Shown in pieces: positions 1-9,676 of a stretch of 64,000 nt of DNA. This DNA is from Alphaproteobacteria bacterium. Its GTDB lineage: Bacteria > Pseudomonadota > Alphaproteobacteria > SP197. Location: the NCBI GenBank assembly GCA_965228895.1, contig OZ245842.1, positions 1,120,001-1,184,000 of the forward strand, written 5' to 3'. Below the pieces are notes generated by a model, which searched no databases, was not told the origin of the DNA, and saw only the letters and a list, made by a program, of their open reading frames with translations. Both the position numbers and the translations under genes were made by a program. Within the stretch, counting starts at the first letter, position 1, and each line of letters opens with the position of its first letter.

Positions 1-125
1 TTGTCCTCATCGGTCAGCGCCAGGCGGCAGCAGCCGCCTCCAGGCAGGGCGCCGATGGTTGCCATCTGCATCAGGCTATCCCACAGGCGATCGCCGTTGA
101 TGTGGAGATGTTGACCGGTTGTCAT
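1..125 (-). CDS. Zn-dependent amidohydrolase (M20, N-carbamoyl-amino acid hydrolase/beta-ureidopropionase-like), 5' portion only; runs off the window
   Basis: Hand translation from ATG at 125: MTTGQHLHINGDRLWDSLMQMATIGALPGGGCCRLALTDED, the typical N-terminus of HyuC/AmaB-like hydrolases. Not in the ORF track. Confidence 0.8.
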   Translation of the reverse strand, partial: MTTGQHLHINGDRLWDSLMQMATIGALPGGGCCRLALTDED

Positions 126-149
126 CTTGACTGTCGTCGCGATACCAAT

Positions 150-1043
150 CTAAACGGGGTCGCGGCGCAGGGCTTGGGACAAGCAGTGCACACCGCCGCC
201 ACCCAACGTGAACATGGACATGTCGGGCTCGAAGACCTCGAAGCCCAATTCACGCATCCGGTTGTTGAGTTTGGTCGCGCCCTTCATCGACAGGACCTTG
301 CCGTTGCCCAGCGCGACGAGATTCACGCCAAGGTTCTTCGCCTCTGCGTAGTCGACATCGACAAAGTCGAAGTCGCGCGCCCTCAGCCAATCGACAACCC
401 AGCCTTCCAGGGCATCGAGACAGGCGACAAGAAGTTTGGGCGCCAGCGGCACGACCAACCCGTCCATATGGACGAACTCGCGCGAGATCGGCGCGACCTC
501 GACATCCCATCCCTTGTTGCGCACCCAACCGGCGACCTGTTCGGAGCCCGCCTGCTCGGAACGCTCGCCGCAATAGCCGATCAGCGCAGTACCGGGCTCC
601 AGGATGACGAAGTCACCGCCTTCGAAATGCCCGGCGGTGACGAAGTTCCAGATCGGAATGTTGTTCTCCTGATAGAACTTGATGACGCTGACGTAGTCGG
701 CGCGCCGGCACTTGAGCTGCATATGGCAGATGATTGCGCCCCAGGGTGTCATGGCACTGGAGTCACGGGCAAAGAAGTTGCGGTGCAGCGTCTCGTCGGC
801 GTCCAGGTAGTGGCAGCGCACGCCCGCGTCCTCATAGACGCGCACCATCTCGGAATGTTGCGCCATGGCCAACTGCCGATCGAACGCGACACCGGTCTTG
901 TGCGCGTTGGCAAGCGTGCGCCCAATCAGCGGCCCGGCCTCGACCCACCGGTAGAACTCCGGTTTGCCCAGCAGAACGTCCCTTAGGGGACCGTAGTCGT
1001 TGTCGATGCCCCAGCCACCGTTCGATGCCGCATGCTCTGTCAC
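150..1043 (-). CDS. Amidinotransferase / dimethylargininase (pentein) family protein
   Basis: Motifs FARD, FEGGD, HMD and C-terminal GGGGVHCLS with the catalytic Cys. Start placed at GTG 1043 behind a GGAGA RBS; the ORF track extends it to 1112. Confidence 0.85.
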   Translation of the reverse strand: MTEHAASNGGWGIDNDYGPLRDVLLGKPEFYRWVEAGPLIGRTLANAHKTGVAFDRQLAMAQHSEMVRVYEDAGVRCHYLDADETLHRNFFARDSSAMTPWGAIICHMQLKCRRADYVSVIKFYQENNIPIWNFVTAGHFEGGDFVILEPGTALIGYCGERSEQAGSEQVAGWVRNKGWDVEVAPISREFVHMDGLVVPLAPKLLVACLDALEGWVVDWLRARDFDFVDVDYAEAKNLGVNLVALGNGKVLSMKGATKLNNRMRELGFEVFEPDMSMFTLGGGGVHCLSQALRRDPV

Positions 1044-1127
1044 AGCTTTCTCCGTTTCTGGTCTGCCAATCACCACTTGCATAGCGCCGAAGAAAGGTAG
1101 AGAAAATATCAATGAAAGTAAGTTTAG

Positions 1128-2075
1128 ATGAGTAAAACCTCACGTAATGACGCGACGTCCGGCCTTGTGCTCGCCAGGCTGGCCAAGACCGATCTGCATT
1201 TGCTCTCGGTTTTTATGACGGTGGTCGAGGCCGGCGGGTTTTCGGCCGCGCAGGTCGCCCTGAACGTGGGCCAGTCGACGATCAGCCGGCACATGGCTGA
1301 TCTGGAGGCGCGCCTTGGCATGCGTTTGTGTCAACGCGGCAGGGTCGGCTTTCGGCTGACCGACGAAGGACACATGGTCCACGGCGCGTGCCAGAAGATG
1401 TTCGGTGCGCTCGAGGAGTTTCGCACCGAGGTCGGCGCGATCAGTGGTCAGCTGGTCGGCGAACTCTCCGTCGCCGTCATCGACAACTGGGTAAGCGACA
1501 GTCGTTCGCCGTTGACCGCGGCGCTGCAGGACATCAAATCACGCGGGCCCGATCTGCACATCAACATCCATGTGTTGGCGCCCGACGAGATTGAGCTGGC
1601 CGTCCTGGACGGTCGTGTTGCTTTGGGCGTCGGTGTCTTTCACCATCACTGTCCCGGTCTGGCCTATGACGCGCTCTATGATGATCCGCTGGAGCTTTAT
1701 TGCGGGCGAGATCATCCTCTTTTCGAGAAAGCGACTAAGCGCGTGCGGCCTAGGGACCAGGAAGCCATCGACTATGTGCGCCGCGGCTATCTCGCCGAGG
1801 ACAAGATTTCACCTTTGACGGCATCGTTTCGTTCGACCGCGACGGCGCATCAGGCCGAGGGTGTTGCCTCGATGATCCTGACCGGTCTCTATGTTGGTTA
1901 CCTGCCTGTTTCGTTTGCATCGCGATGGGTCGACGATGGTTTGATGCGCAGTCTCATGCCATCGCAATTCCGCATGAACACGACAATCGAGATCGTGTCG
2001 CGCCGGTCGGCCGCCCTATCCCTTGTCGCCACGACGTTTGTCGATTCACTGAAGTCTAACGCCGCGCGCGACTAG
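1128..2075 (+). CDS. LysR-family transcriptional regulator
   Basis: N-terminal HTH (GFSAAQVALNVGQSTISRHMADLE) plus substrate-binding domain; divergent from the amidinotransferase gene. Confidence 0.95.
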   Translation: MSKTSRNDATSGLVLARLAKTDLHLLSVFMTVVEAGGFSAAQVALNVGQSTISRHMADLEARLGMRLCQRGRVGFRLTDEGHMVHGACQKMFGALEEFRTEVGAISGQLVGELSVAVIDNWVSDSRSPLTAALQDIKSRGPDLHINIHVLAPDEIELAVLDGRVALGVGVFHHHCPGLAYDALYDDPLELYCGRDHPLFEKATKRVRPRDQEAIDYVRRGYLAEDKISPLTASFRSTATAHQAEGVASMILTGLYVGYLPVSFASRWVDDGLMRSLMPSQFRMNTTIEIVSRRSAALSLVATTFVDSLKSNAARD

Positions 2076-2989
2076 ATCGCCGCCGCCTGATCGAAGAATG
2101 CCAGGCACTGACGTGCTACCGGTCGGTCGCGGCCACGGCGTGTCAGAAGGGCATAGAAGGGCCGGTTGAAGGCAACGGGCTCGTCGACGACCGGTACCAG
2201 AGTGCCGGCGTCGATATAGCGGTCGACCATGCCGAGCCAGCCCAATGCCAGACCGCGTCCGGCCGCGGCGGCTTCCAGTAGATAGACGTAGTTCTCAAAT
2301 CCGATATAGCGCGGCGGCGTTCGTGGCGTACCGTTCCGTTCGAACCACTCATCCCAGGTCGACCAGCCACGGTTGAGTTTTGTGAGGTCGAGCAGGGGAA
2401 GGGGCCCCCACCCGGCAGGTCCGCCGTCGAGCGTGTCGCGATGGGCCTTGGCAAAACCCGGCGAGCAGACGGGCGTCACAACCTCCCGGGCGGCGATGAC
2501 GTGATCGTCGTGCTCAACGCCGGACGCCTGGTAACCGAAGATTAGGTCGACCTGGGGATCGCGCATGACCTCCAACGTGTCGTAGTCGAAGGTCATGACG
2601 CGGATCGACGTCGCTTCGCCAACAGCGGTCTGCAAAGCTTCAAAACGGGGCAGCACAAACAGATGGGAGATCTCGTGGGTACAGGCCAGGGTCAACTGGT
2701 CGGCGCCTGATGTCTGCGCGATGGTCGCGGCGGCTGCTTGAATGCTCTCCAGGCCCGCAACGACGGCGCGATAGAACTGCTCGCCCTCGGCAGTCAACCG
2801 CAGGCGTTTTTTGTGGCGATCAAACAGGCGGGCTTTGAGCCGATCCTCGAGCCCAGAGATATGCCGGCTGATCGCCGATTGGGAGGTGTTCAGTTCCTCG
2901 GCCGCACGGCTGAAGTTGCAATGACGCGCGGCGCACTCAAAGGCCAGCAGCGCACTCGTCGAGGGGATCCATGGGCGATGCGCTATCAT
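2072..2989 (-). CDS. LysR-family regulator (GcvA-like)
   Basis: LLAFECAARHCNFSRAAEELNTSQSAISRHI HTH; WDEWF and AAAAGRGLALGW segments typical of the GcvA subgroup. Confidence 0.95.
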   Translation of the reverse strand: MIAHRPWIPSTSALLAFECAARHCNFSRAAEELNTSQSAISRHISGLEDRLKARLFDRHKKRLRLTAEGEQFYRAVVAGLESIQAAAATIAQTSGADQLTLACTHEISHLFVLPRFEALQTAVGEATSIRVMTFDYDTLEVMRDPQVDLIFGYQASGVEHDDHVIAAREVVTPVCSPGFAKAHRDTLDGGPAGWGPLPLLDLTKLNRGWSTWDEWFERNGTPRTPPRYIGFENYVYLLEAAAAGRGLALGWLGMVDRYIDAGTLVPVVDEPVAFNRPFYALLTRRGRDRPVARQCLAFFDQAAAI

Positions 2990-3003
2990 ATCAATTTTGA
3001 TAT
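2988..3003. promoter_or_regulatory. Probable LysR binding site (inverted repeat)
   Basis: Perfect palindrome ATATCAA-TT-TTGATAT overlapping the LysR start codon, in the divergent promoter region shared with 3109..4623. Confidence 0.6.
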
Positions 3004-3108
3004 CAACTGCTTGTCAAAATAGCAATCAACATCTGCCCGCGGTTTGACTAGACTGCATAGCCGTTGGGACACCCGTTTGCCGGCCGCTAGCCCGGCGAGG
3101 AGACAGAG

Positions 3109-4623
3109 ATGGTCCGTCTGGTTTCATTTGATGACAAAGTCGAGGAGCGGGTCCGGTTCATCGAGGACACGCCGCGCAGCGAGATCGTCGAACGAACCGT
3201 CGCGCGCCTCGCGGCAGGCGAGGACCCGCTTGCTTTCGTGACGGCCGCCGCGCTCGCCGTCTCCCGTTCGAGCGAGCTGCCGGCTGACCACCATGGCGGT
3301 CCGGTCCATCCGATCGCCGGCATTCACGCGGTATGCGGCATGCATGACCGGCTTGAAGGCAGCGACCGCTTGTTGCCGGTGTTGCAGTGTGTCGCGCTCG
3401 CCAACAAACATGTGCATCTGCCGTCCATGGGTCCGGCTGCCATGGTCGCTTTTGACGATCTCAACCGGGATGTCGACTCCGACCGCGTCCTAGCGCGTCT
3501 TGAGAAGGCGTTGTTCGATCACGAACCGCGCCTGGCCGAGCGGGCGGTGACGCTGGCGTGTGAAAAGGCGGCGCCGGGCCAGATCATCGAAAGCATGCTG
3601 ACCCAATCGATCAAGCGGAACACGCTGGACGACCACTACTTCCTCTATTCCAGCTATGCCTGTCGTGCGCTCGATGCGATCGGTTGGCAGTACGGTCCGA
3701 TCCTGCTGCGCCCTGCCGTGCGTTACCTGGCGCGCCATCATTCGTTCTCGGCGTTCGGCGAGTTCACCCAAGATTCGATTGATGAAGGCATCGCGCTCTA
3801 TCACCGCTTTCCCGAACTGGAGGCGATGATCGACACCTACGATCTGACCGAGGATCGTATCGCGTTGACGACGGGACCCGGCGAATCCGAGTCCATCGCC
3901 GCACTGGCCGACGCGATCGGTGCGGTCGACGAGATCAAGTCGTTGCCGGAGACGATTGCCCGCGCAATGGGCGCCGGTCTGTCGCTGGAGGGCACGCTGG
4001 AAGCGATGTCGGTTGGCGGCGCGCGGGTCTTTTTGCGTTCCCATACCAACAACCCGTTCGATGTCCACATCCACACGGGAACGTCGATCCGGCGTTATCT
4101 GCTCGGTTTCCCGGAGATCAGCTTCCGCCACAAGGTGCTGGCGCTTCTCGGCTGGCCGTGGACCTATGAGATCCGCTATCTCGATGAGACGCTGTCCTGG
4201 TCCTGGCAGAGCGATGCCGGCGAACTGAGCACGAAATCCGAACACGCACTGCTGGCGGAGATCGAGGAGAGTATCCTGTCGATCGATGGCTATGACGTGA
4301 CGAAACTGGAGGTCGGTATCAACGAGTTGGTGGCGCCCGATGAGGTCCGCCATGCCGGACGGTTGGCCGAGAGCTACATCAAGGCAGGCTACGACGCCGA
4401 CACGCTGTTTCGACTGACATCGCGCCTGGTGTGCCGGGAAGACGCCAGCGAGATGCACGGCTACAAGCTACAGCAGGCGGCTTACGAACAGTTTTACGCG
4501 TGTCGTGAACCGTTGCGCTGGGTCCATGCGGTAGCCGCGGTCAAACAGGCCGCTGTCAACGCGCCGACCAAGCCGCACCAGTTCTACCCAAGGATTGCCG
4601 CGGAGCTGAAACTGGCGGCCTGA
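3109..4623 (+). CDS. Hypothetical protein, His-cluster-rich, probably helical
   Basis: 504-aa ORF with RBS AGGAG and GC3-rich codons; His motifs DHHGGPVHP, DDHYF, DVHIHTG, EMHGYK. Family not recognised. Confidence 0.8.
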   Translation: MVRLVSFDDKVEERVRFIEDTPRSEIVERTVARLAAGEDPLAFVTAAALAVSRSSELPADHHGGPVHPIAGIHAVCGMHDRLEGSDRLLPVLQCVALANKHVHLPSMGPAAMVAFDDLNRDVDSDRVLARLEKALFDHEPRLAERAVTLACEKAAPGQIIESMLTQSIKRNTLDDHYFLYSSYACRALDAIGWQYGPILLRPAVRYLARHHSFSAFGEFTQDSIDEGIALYHRFPELEAMIDTYDLTEDRIALTTGPGESESIAALADAIGAVDEIKSLPETIARAMGAGLSLEGTLEAMSVGGARVFLRSHTNNPFDVHIHTGTSIRRYLLGFPEISFRHKVLALLGWPWTYEIRYLDETLSWSWQSDAGELSTKSEHALLAEIEESILSIDGYDVTKLEVGINELVAPDEVRHAGRLAESYIKAGYDADTLFRLTSRLVCREDASEMHGYKLQQAAYEQFYACREPLRWVHAVAAVKQAAVNAPTKPHQFYPRIAAELKLAA

Positions 4624-4722
4624 TCGGCCCGTGTATGTAACGGATCATGGTTCGTCGGTAGGTGGCTGAGCCGGCCGCTGCAGATCGGTAGGGCGTCAGG
4701 ACCGGCCAGATCGATCGCGATC

Positions 4723-4830
4723 TCAAATGCAAAAGTTGTGGATCGTCGCGACGATTCGATCTGTCGCCGTCGAGTAGACGATGGTGGCGATCGCCGCGCC
4801 AACCGCTATGCCGATGAAGAACTGCCGCAT
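4723..4830 (-). CDS. Possible small membrane peptide (35 aa)
   Basis: MRQFFIGIAVGAAIATIVYSTATDRIVATIHNFCI: one hydrophobic segment, lying in an otherwise empty intergenic gap; no clear RBS. Confidence 0.35.
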   Translation of the reverse strand: MRQFFIGIAVGAAIATIVYSTATDRIVATIHNFCI

Positions 4831-4975
4831 CGTAGCCCCCGGCCGAGTGAAACCTGTCAATTGCATCTTATGACCGATGTTCCTTTGAATGTCTTGAACT
4901 TCACCCATGCGATTCAAATGCCGCCATCGGATGGGCATGGGGACCGTCGCGCGCTAGAGTGATGCCCGGGCGCCG

Positions 4976-7375
4976 TTGGGGGACATGCGGCACAAAACGC
5001 ATCGGGGCGAAGGGGCCATGACAAGTTTCAATGAATTCTGGCGGCGTGTCGGCGCGCTGCTCTTTTTGGTTGCGGTTATGGCCGTTGTTACGCCTTCGAT
5101 TGCGGTCGCGCAGACATCCGATGACGGGGTCAGTGCCGAGGATGTAAGCAACCTGCCTGAGCACCTGACGCGTGCCGACGTGCGCGACCTCATGTCGCGG
5201 CTGTCGGATGACCAGGTTCGCGATCTGCTGATCCAGCAACTCGATAAGGTGGCGGATGACGAGGCTGCGGCCACGGTCGATGCCAATGCCGTCGACAGTT
5301 TCGAGAAGGGCCTTGGCCGCCTTCGCGACGGTTCTGTCGCCATGGTTGATGCCTTGCCGCGCGTCCCCACAATCTTCGGTTTCGCGATCGACCACATGAC
5401 CGCCGGCAAGGGGCCGTCCCACGTCTGGCTGGTCCTGCTGTTCCTCGCCATCATTCTGGCGGCCGGTGCGATCGGCGAATGGTTGTTTCGCCGGCTGTTC
5501 ACCAGGCTCGGCCAGTTCGCGCACGCCGGCGCGGTCGAGACAGTGGTGCAGCGCTTGTGTGTCTTTTTACTTCGCGCCGTTATCGACCTTGTGGCGATCG
5601 CGGTCTTCGGCATCGTCGCCGTCATCGTCTTTTTCATCTTCTACCAGAACCACGAGCCGACGCGCGAAGCGATGGCGGCGGTCTTCTGGGCGGTCATCGT
5701 TGTGCGTGCGATTAATGCCGTCGCGCGAGACTTTTTCTGTCCCGGCCAGCCGGCGATCCGTGCGTTGCCGCTGAGCGACACGGTTGCCACATGGGCTTAC
5801 CGGCGTCTGGTCTGGATCGCCGGCGTTATCGTTGCCGTCTGGTATTTTGGGACGCTCCTGGTCAGCTACGGCATCAACAACGATCCGGGTCTGTCGCACG
5901 CGACAGCGGCCGTCCTGACGCTCGCCGTGCTTGGCTGGGTCGTCGTGCTGGTCTGGATCGACCGGCGCACGGTGCGCGGGTTCATGTTGTCCCATGACGG
6001 TGTGGAGGATGCCGAGCCGAGCCAGGCGCGAGCGTTTCTGGCGTCCAACTGGCATGTGCTGGCGACCTGCTACATCCTCGGTCTGTGGCTGTTCACCATG
6101 GTCGAGCGGCTGATGACCGGTCAGCCACAGGGCGTGCCCGCCGTCATCAGTCTGGCCTTGCTGCCGATCGTTCCCATGATCGACTGGCTGCTGCGCGCCG
6201 GCATCAGGCGCATGTGCGAAGGCGCCGGAAAACCCGAACCCACAACGCCGGACGACGCCGAGATCGTCGAGACGCCGGACATGATCGATGCCGAGACCCC
6301 CGAAGGCATCACGGTCGAAACGATCGAACCACAGCCGCAACCGACTGTCGCCGCCGAGACGGCCGGGCAGGCGATCGAACCGGTTCTGATCCGCAACATG
6401 CGCATTGTTCTTGGCATCATGGCGATCATTTTTCTGGCCGACCTATGGGGTCTTGATCTTGAATCGTTCCTGGTCGCGGGCCTCGGTCAGCGGATTGCCG
6501 GCGCCTTCTTCGATATCGTCGTCACACTGATCCTGGCGTCGGCTATCTGGGGCATGGTGAAGGCGACAATCCGTCACTACGCGCCGGATGACGGCATTGA
6601 TGTGCAGCAGATGGTCGAAGGCGAGATCGGTGGCGCCGGTCAGTCGCGCATCCAGACCCTGCTGCCGCTGTTGCGCAAGTTCGCCCTGGTGACCCTGGGC
6701 GTCATCGTCACGCTCGTGATCCTGTCGTCGCTGGGTGTCAGCATCGGACCGTTGATCGCCGGTGCCGGCGTTGTCGGTCTGGCCATCGGCTTTGGTGCGC
6801 AGACGCTGGTGCGCGATATCCTCTCCGGCGCTTTCTTCTTGGCCGACGATGCGTTCCGCGTCGGCGAGTACATCGATGTCGGCGTCGCCAAGGGCATGGT
6901 CGAGAAGATATCGATCCGCTCGTTCCGTCTGCGCCATCATCGCGGCGCCATCAACACCATTCCGTTCGGCGAGATCCACTCCGTCATGAACTTCAGCCGC
7001 GACTGGGTGATGATGAAACTGGAAATGCGCGTTCCCTCCGACACCGATCTCGAAAAGCTGCGCAAGGTCGTCAAGAAAGTCGGCCAGCAAATCATGGACG
7101 ATCCGGAGCTCGGCGCCCATTTGCTACAGCCGGTTAAATCCCAGGGCGTGCATCGCATGGACGATGACGGTGCGTTTGTCATCCGGATCAAATTCATGGC
7201 CAAACCGGGTGAGCAGTTCGTGTTGCGCCGCGAAGTCTTTCGGCGTGTCCAGGAGGCGTTCGCCGAGAATGGCATCAAGTTCGCGCCCAAACGCGTCATG
7301 GTCGACACGCAGGGTCACGCCACCGATGCCGATGTAGCGGCAGCAGCCGTCGCCGCTGAGCCGCCGCGGGCATGA
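4976..7375 (+). CDS. Large mechanosensitive channel, MscS family
   Basis: Many TM helices; C-terminal GPLIAGAGVVGLAIGFGAQTLVRD...DAFRVGEYI...GMVEKISIRS MscS signature. True start may be the ATG of MTSFNE. Confidence 0.92.
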   Translation: MGDMRHKTHRGEGAMTSFNEFWRRVGALLFLVAVMAVVTPSIAVAQTSDDGVSAEDVSNLPEHLTRADVRDLMSRLSDDQVRDLLIQQLDKVADDEAAATVDANAVDSFEKGLGRLRDGSVAMVDALPRVPTIFGFAIDHMTAGKGPSHVWLVLLFLAIILAAGAIGEWLFRRLFTRLGQFAHAGAVETVVQRLCVFLLRAVIDLVAIAVFGIVAVIVFFIFYQNHEPTREAMAAVFWAVIVVRAINAVARDFFCPGQPAIRALPLSDTVATWAYRRLVWIAGVIVAVWYFGTLLVSYGINNDPGLSHATAAVLTLAVLGWVVVLVWIDRRTVRGFMLSHDGVEDAEPSQARAFLASNWHVLATCYILGLWLFTMVERLMTGQPQGVPAVISLALLPIVPMIDWLLRAGIRRMCEGAGKPEPTTPDDAEIVETPDMIDAETPEGITVETIEPQPQPTVAAETAGQAIEPVLIRNMRIVLGIMAIIFLADLWGLDLESFLVAGLGQRIAGAFFDIVVTLILASAIWGMVKATIRHYAPDDGIDVQQMVEGEIGGAGQSRIQTLLPLLRKFALVTLGVIVTLVILSSLGVSIGPLIAGAGVVGLAIGFGAQTLVRDILSGAFFLADDAFRVGEYIDVGVAKGMVEKISIRSFRLRHHRGAINTIPFGEIHSVMNFSRDWVMMKLEMRVPSDTDLEKLRKVVKKVGQQIMDDPELGAHLLQPVKSQGVHRMDDDGAFVIRIKFMAKPGEQFVLRREVFRRVQEAFAENGIKFAPKRVMVDTQGHATDADVAAAAVAAEPPRA

Positions 7376-7398
7376 GGCTTACGTCGCGGACGATAGGG

Positions 7399-7608
7399 TC
7401 AGGCGGCCCGCGGTGCGTTACGTGTCTGGGTGTCGGTTTCGCGGGCCAAGCGTTGGCGGGCGTCGTTGACGTAGGTCATCACGACCGTTTCGTCGATCCC
7501 GTCGCGCCGCATCACCTGTTGAATGATCGGATCGGCCAGAAGCTGGTCGATCGTCGGCTCGCCGCAAAGCATGAGGCGCTGACTGTCTGTCAACAATGGC
7601 ATTCCCAA
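7399..7608 (-). CDS. Small hypothetical protein
   Basis: EPTIDQLLADPIIQQVMRRDGI resembles a small-protein motif I recall from alphaproteobacteria; function unknown. Confidence 0.65.
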   Translation of the reverse strand: MGMPLLTDSQRLMLCGEPTIDQLLADPIIQQVMRRDGIDETVVMTYVNDARQRLARETDTQTRNAPRAA

Positions 7609-7794
7609 TCCCCGGATGATGTCTCACCGTGTTTACCGATATAGGAGCGCCCGGTGACCTCTTTAGGGCAACACAACGACTTTTCCGTGAATATGACAGT
7701 CGTCACTCTAACGGTGATCAGGTCCTTGTGTTTGGCTCGCTAATGGCGTCATCTGGTGGTCTCAGATTAGCCCCATCAATCGAGCGCTGACGTC

Positions 7795-8241
7795 ATGGCC
7801 AACGCATTCGATCTCAACCTCATTCGTCGATGCCGGCGTGGTGTTGCCGGTCTTTCGATCGGGTTCGCCAGGGCGATCGCCGTATGCGTGGTTCTGCTGG
7901 GCTGGTCGGCGATCGACGGCCGCGCACTTGCCGATGGCTGGAACTCGATTGCTGGCGGTGATGCCACGCTAGGTCACAGACTCGTCGAAGAAAATTGCGC
8001 CAGGTGTCACGGTTCGGACCAGACAGGGCTGCTATCCGGCGGTACGACGCCGTCACAGCAGGATCTGGCTGAAATCGTGACCGATCGCCAGATTCTGGTT
8101 CGCGCCTTCTACTTCGATCGCCATCCCAGCATGCCCCGTTTTTTGTTCGGCGATTACGAGATGAACAACCTTCTCGCATACTTCGCCGAATTGCGGACCG
8201 GCAACGCCCAACAACCTTTCCCGCGTTCGTGGACCCGCTAG
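7795..8241 (+). CDS. Monoheme c-type cytochrome
   Basis: Signal/TM segment, CARCH heme-binding motif, distal HPSMP Met ligand candidate. Confidence 0.8.
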   Translation: MANAFDLNLIRRCRRGVAGLSIGFARAIAVCVVLLGWSAIDGRALADGWNSIAGGDATLGHRLVEENCARCHGSDQTGLLSGGTTPSQQDLAEIVTDRQILVRAFYFDRHPSMPRFLFGDYEMNNLLAYFAELRTGNAQQPFPRSWTR

Positions 8242-8283
8242 CAGAAGCGCCGGGCGCCATGGCGACGGATTTGCACAGGCGAT

Positions 8284-8312
8284 TTGATGCGTGCTTGGCG
8301 GCAGGTTACCTT
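8284..8312 (+). promoter_or_regulatory. Predicted sigma70-type promoter of repeat protein A
   Basis: TTGATG-N17-TACCTT; same architecture, including GGCAGGT at the end of the spacer, as at 9818-9846. Confidence 0.6.
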
Positions 8313-8359
8313 GTGGTCGATGCCAGGGGATCAAACGCAGCCTTTCCAGGAGATTGATC

Positions 8360-9676
8360 ATGCCGAAGAAAGCGATCGACCGACTTCGACGTGAGGGTGA
8401 CGTGAAAGGCACGAAGCCTGGCAAAGAAGCGACCGGCGGCATTTTGCCAAGCGACCGGCGTGGACTGCTGTCGCGGGTCGGCGCTGGCCTGGCCCTCGCC
8501 CTGGGAGGTGCGCTCGGCAAGGTGATGTCATCGACGCCGGCCCATGCGCAAAACTACACCGGCATTACCGATAACGACTCTGGCGCAGCCCAGGACTCGC
8601 CGGGTTATGGCTCAGGTGGCGGCGATGGCGATGGCTACACCGGCATCACCGACAACGACTCAGGCGCAGCCCAGGATTCGCCGGGTTACGGCTCAGGCGG
8701 CGGCAATGGCTATACCGGCCTGTCGGACAACGATGCTGGCGCCAATCAGGATGCGGCAGGCTATGGCTCGGGCGGCGGCGATGGCTATACCGGCCTATCG
8801 GACAACGACGCTGGCGCCAACCAGGATGCGGCAGGCTATGGCTCGGGCGGCGGCGATGGCTATACCGGCTTGTCCGACAATGACGCTGGCGCCAACCAGG
8901 ATGCGGCAGGCTATGGCTCGGGCGGCGGCGATGGCTATACCGGCCTGTCGGACAACGACGCTGGCGCCAATCAGGATGCGGCCGGCTATGGCTCTGGAAG
9001 CGGCGACGGCTATACCGGTTTCACCGACAATGATCAGGGCACGTACCAGGACCAGGCTGGCTACGGCTCCGGCGGTGGTGACGGTTATACGGGCGTGACC
9101 GACAGCGATCAGGGAACCAATCAAGATCAGGCAGGTTATGGTTCCGGCGGTGACGGCTATACGGGTCTGACCGACAGCGACCAAGGCACGTACCAGGATC
9201 AGGCGGGCTATGGTACTGGCGGCGGTAGTGGTGATGGCTACACGGGCATCACCGACAATGATTCCGGTGCTGCCCAGGACGCACCGAACTACGGCACAGG
9301 CGGCGACGGCTATACGGGCGTAACCGACAGCGACCAAGGCACGTACCAGGATCAGGCGGGCTATGGTACTGGCGGCGGTAGTGGTGATGGCTACACGGGC
9401 ATCACCGACAGCGACCAGGGCACCTACCAAGACCAGGCGGGTTACGGCAGCGGCGGCGACGGCTATACGGGCATCACCGACAGCGATCAGGGCGCCAGCC
9501 AGGATGCCGAGGGATATGGCTCGGGCGGCGGCGGCGCCTACACCGGCATCACCGACAACGACAAGGGCGCGACGCAAGATGCCGAGGGTTATGGCCGTGG
9601 CGATGGCTACACGGGTATCACCGATAACGACAAGGGCGCTAGCCAGGACGCCGAAGGTTACGGCACCGGCGGCTAG
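8360..9676 (+). CDS. Twin-arginine-leader acidic Gly/Asp/Tyr repeat protein A (438 aa, 15 repeats)
   Basis: RBS AGGAG then ATG 8360; DRRGLL Tat-like motif, hydrophobic h-region and AHA cleavage site, followed by 15 copies of YTGx[TS]D[NS]DxGxxQDxx[GN]YG with Gly-rich linkers. Confidence 0.9.
   Translation: MPKKAIDRLRREGDVKGTKPGKEATGGILPSDRRGLLSRVGAGLALALGGALGKVMSSTPAHAQNYTGITDNDSGAAQDSPGYGSGGGDGDGYTGITDNDSGAAQDSPGYGSGGGNGYTGLSDNDAGANQDAAGYGSGGGDGYTGLSDNDAGANQDAAGYGSGGGDGYTGLSDNDAGANQDAAGYGSGGGDGYTGLSDNDAGANQDAAGYGSGSGDGYTGFTDNDQGTYQDQAGYGSGGGDGYTGVTDSDQGTNQDQAGYGSGGDGYTGLTDSDQGTYQDQAGYGTGGGSGDGYTGITDNDSGAAQDAPNYGTGGDGYTGVTDSDQGTYQDQAGYGTGGGSGDGYTGITDSDQGTYQDQAGYGSGGDGYTGITDSDQGASQDAEGYGSGGGGAYTGITDNDKGATQDAEGYGRGDGYTGITDNDKGASQDAEGYGTGG
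8555..9673 (+). repeat. Coding tandem repeat, 15 units of 22-27 codons
   Basis: Units 3-6 are near-identical 75-bp copies; 9170-9257 is identical to 9323-9410 (88 bp, 153-bp offset). Confidence 0.95.

Noticed and set aside
8260-8275. Sigma54 promoter TGGC-N7-TTGCA before repeat gene A
   Set aside because: The GG-N10-GC spacing fits, but the central ACG is out of register and the motif is not repeated before paralog B, unlike the sigma70-type motif. Not excluded, but unsupported.
8555-9673. Ice-nucleation protein (AGYGS motif)
   Set aside because: AGYGS occurs, but the strict 16-aa period, the TxT ice-binding motif and the InaZ terminal domains are absent.
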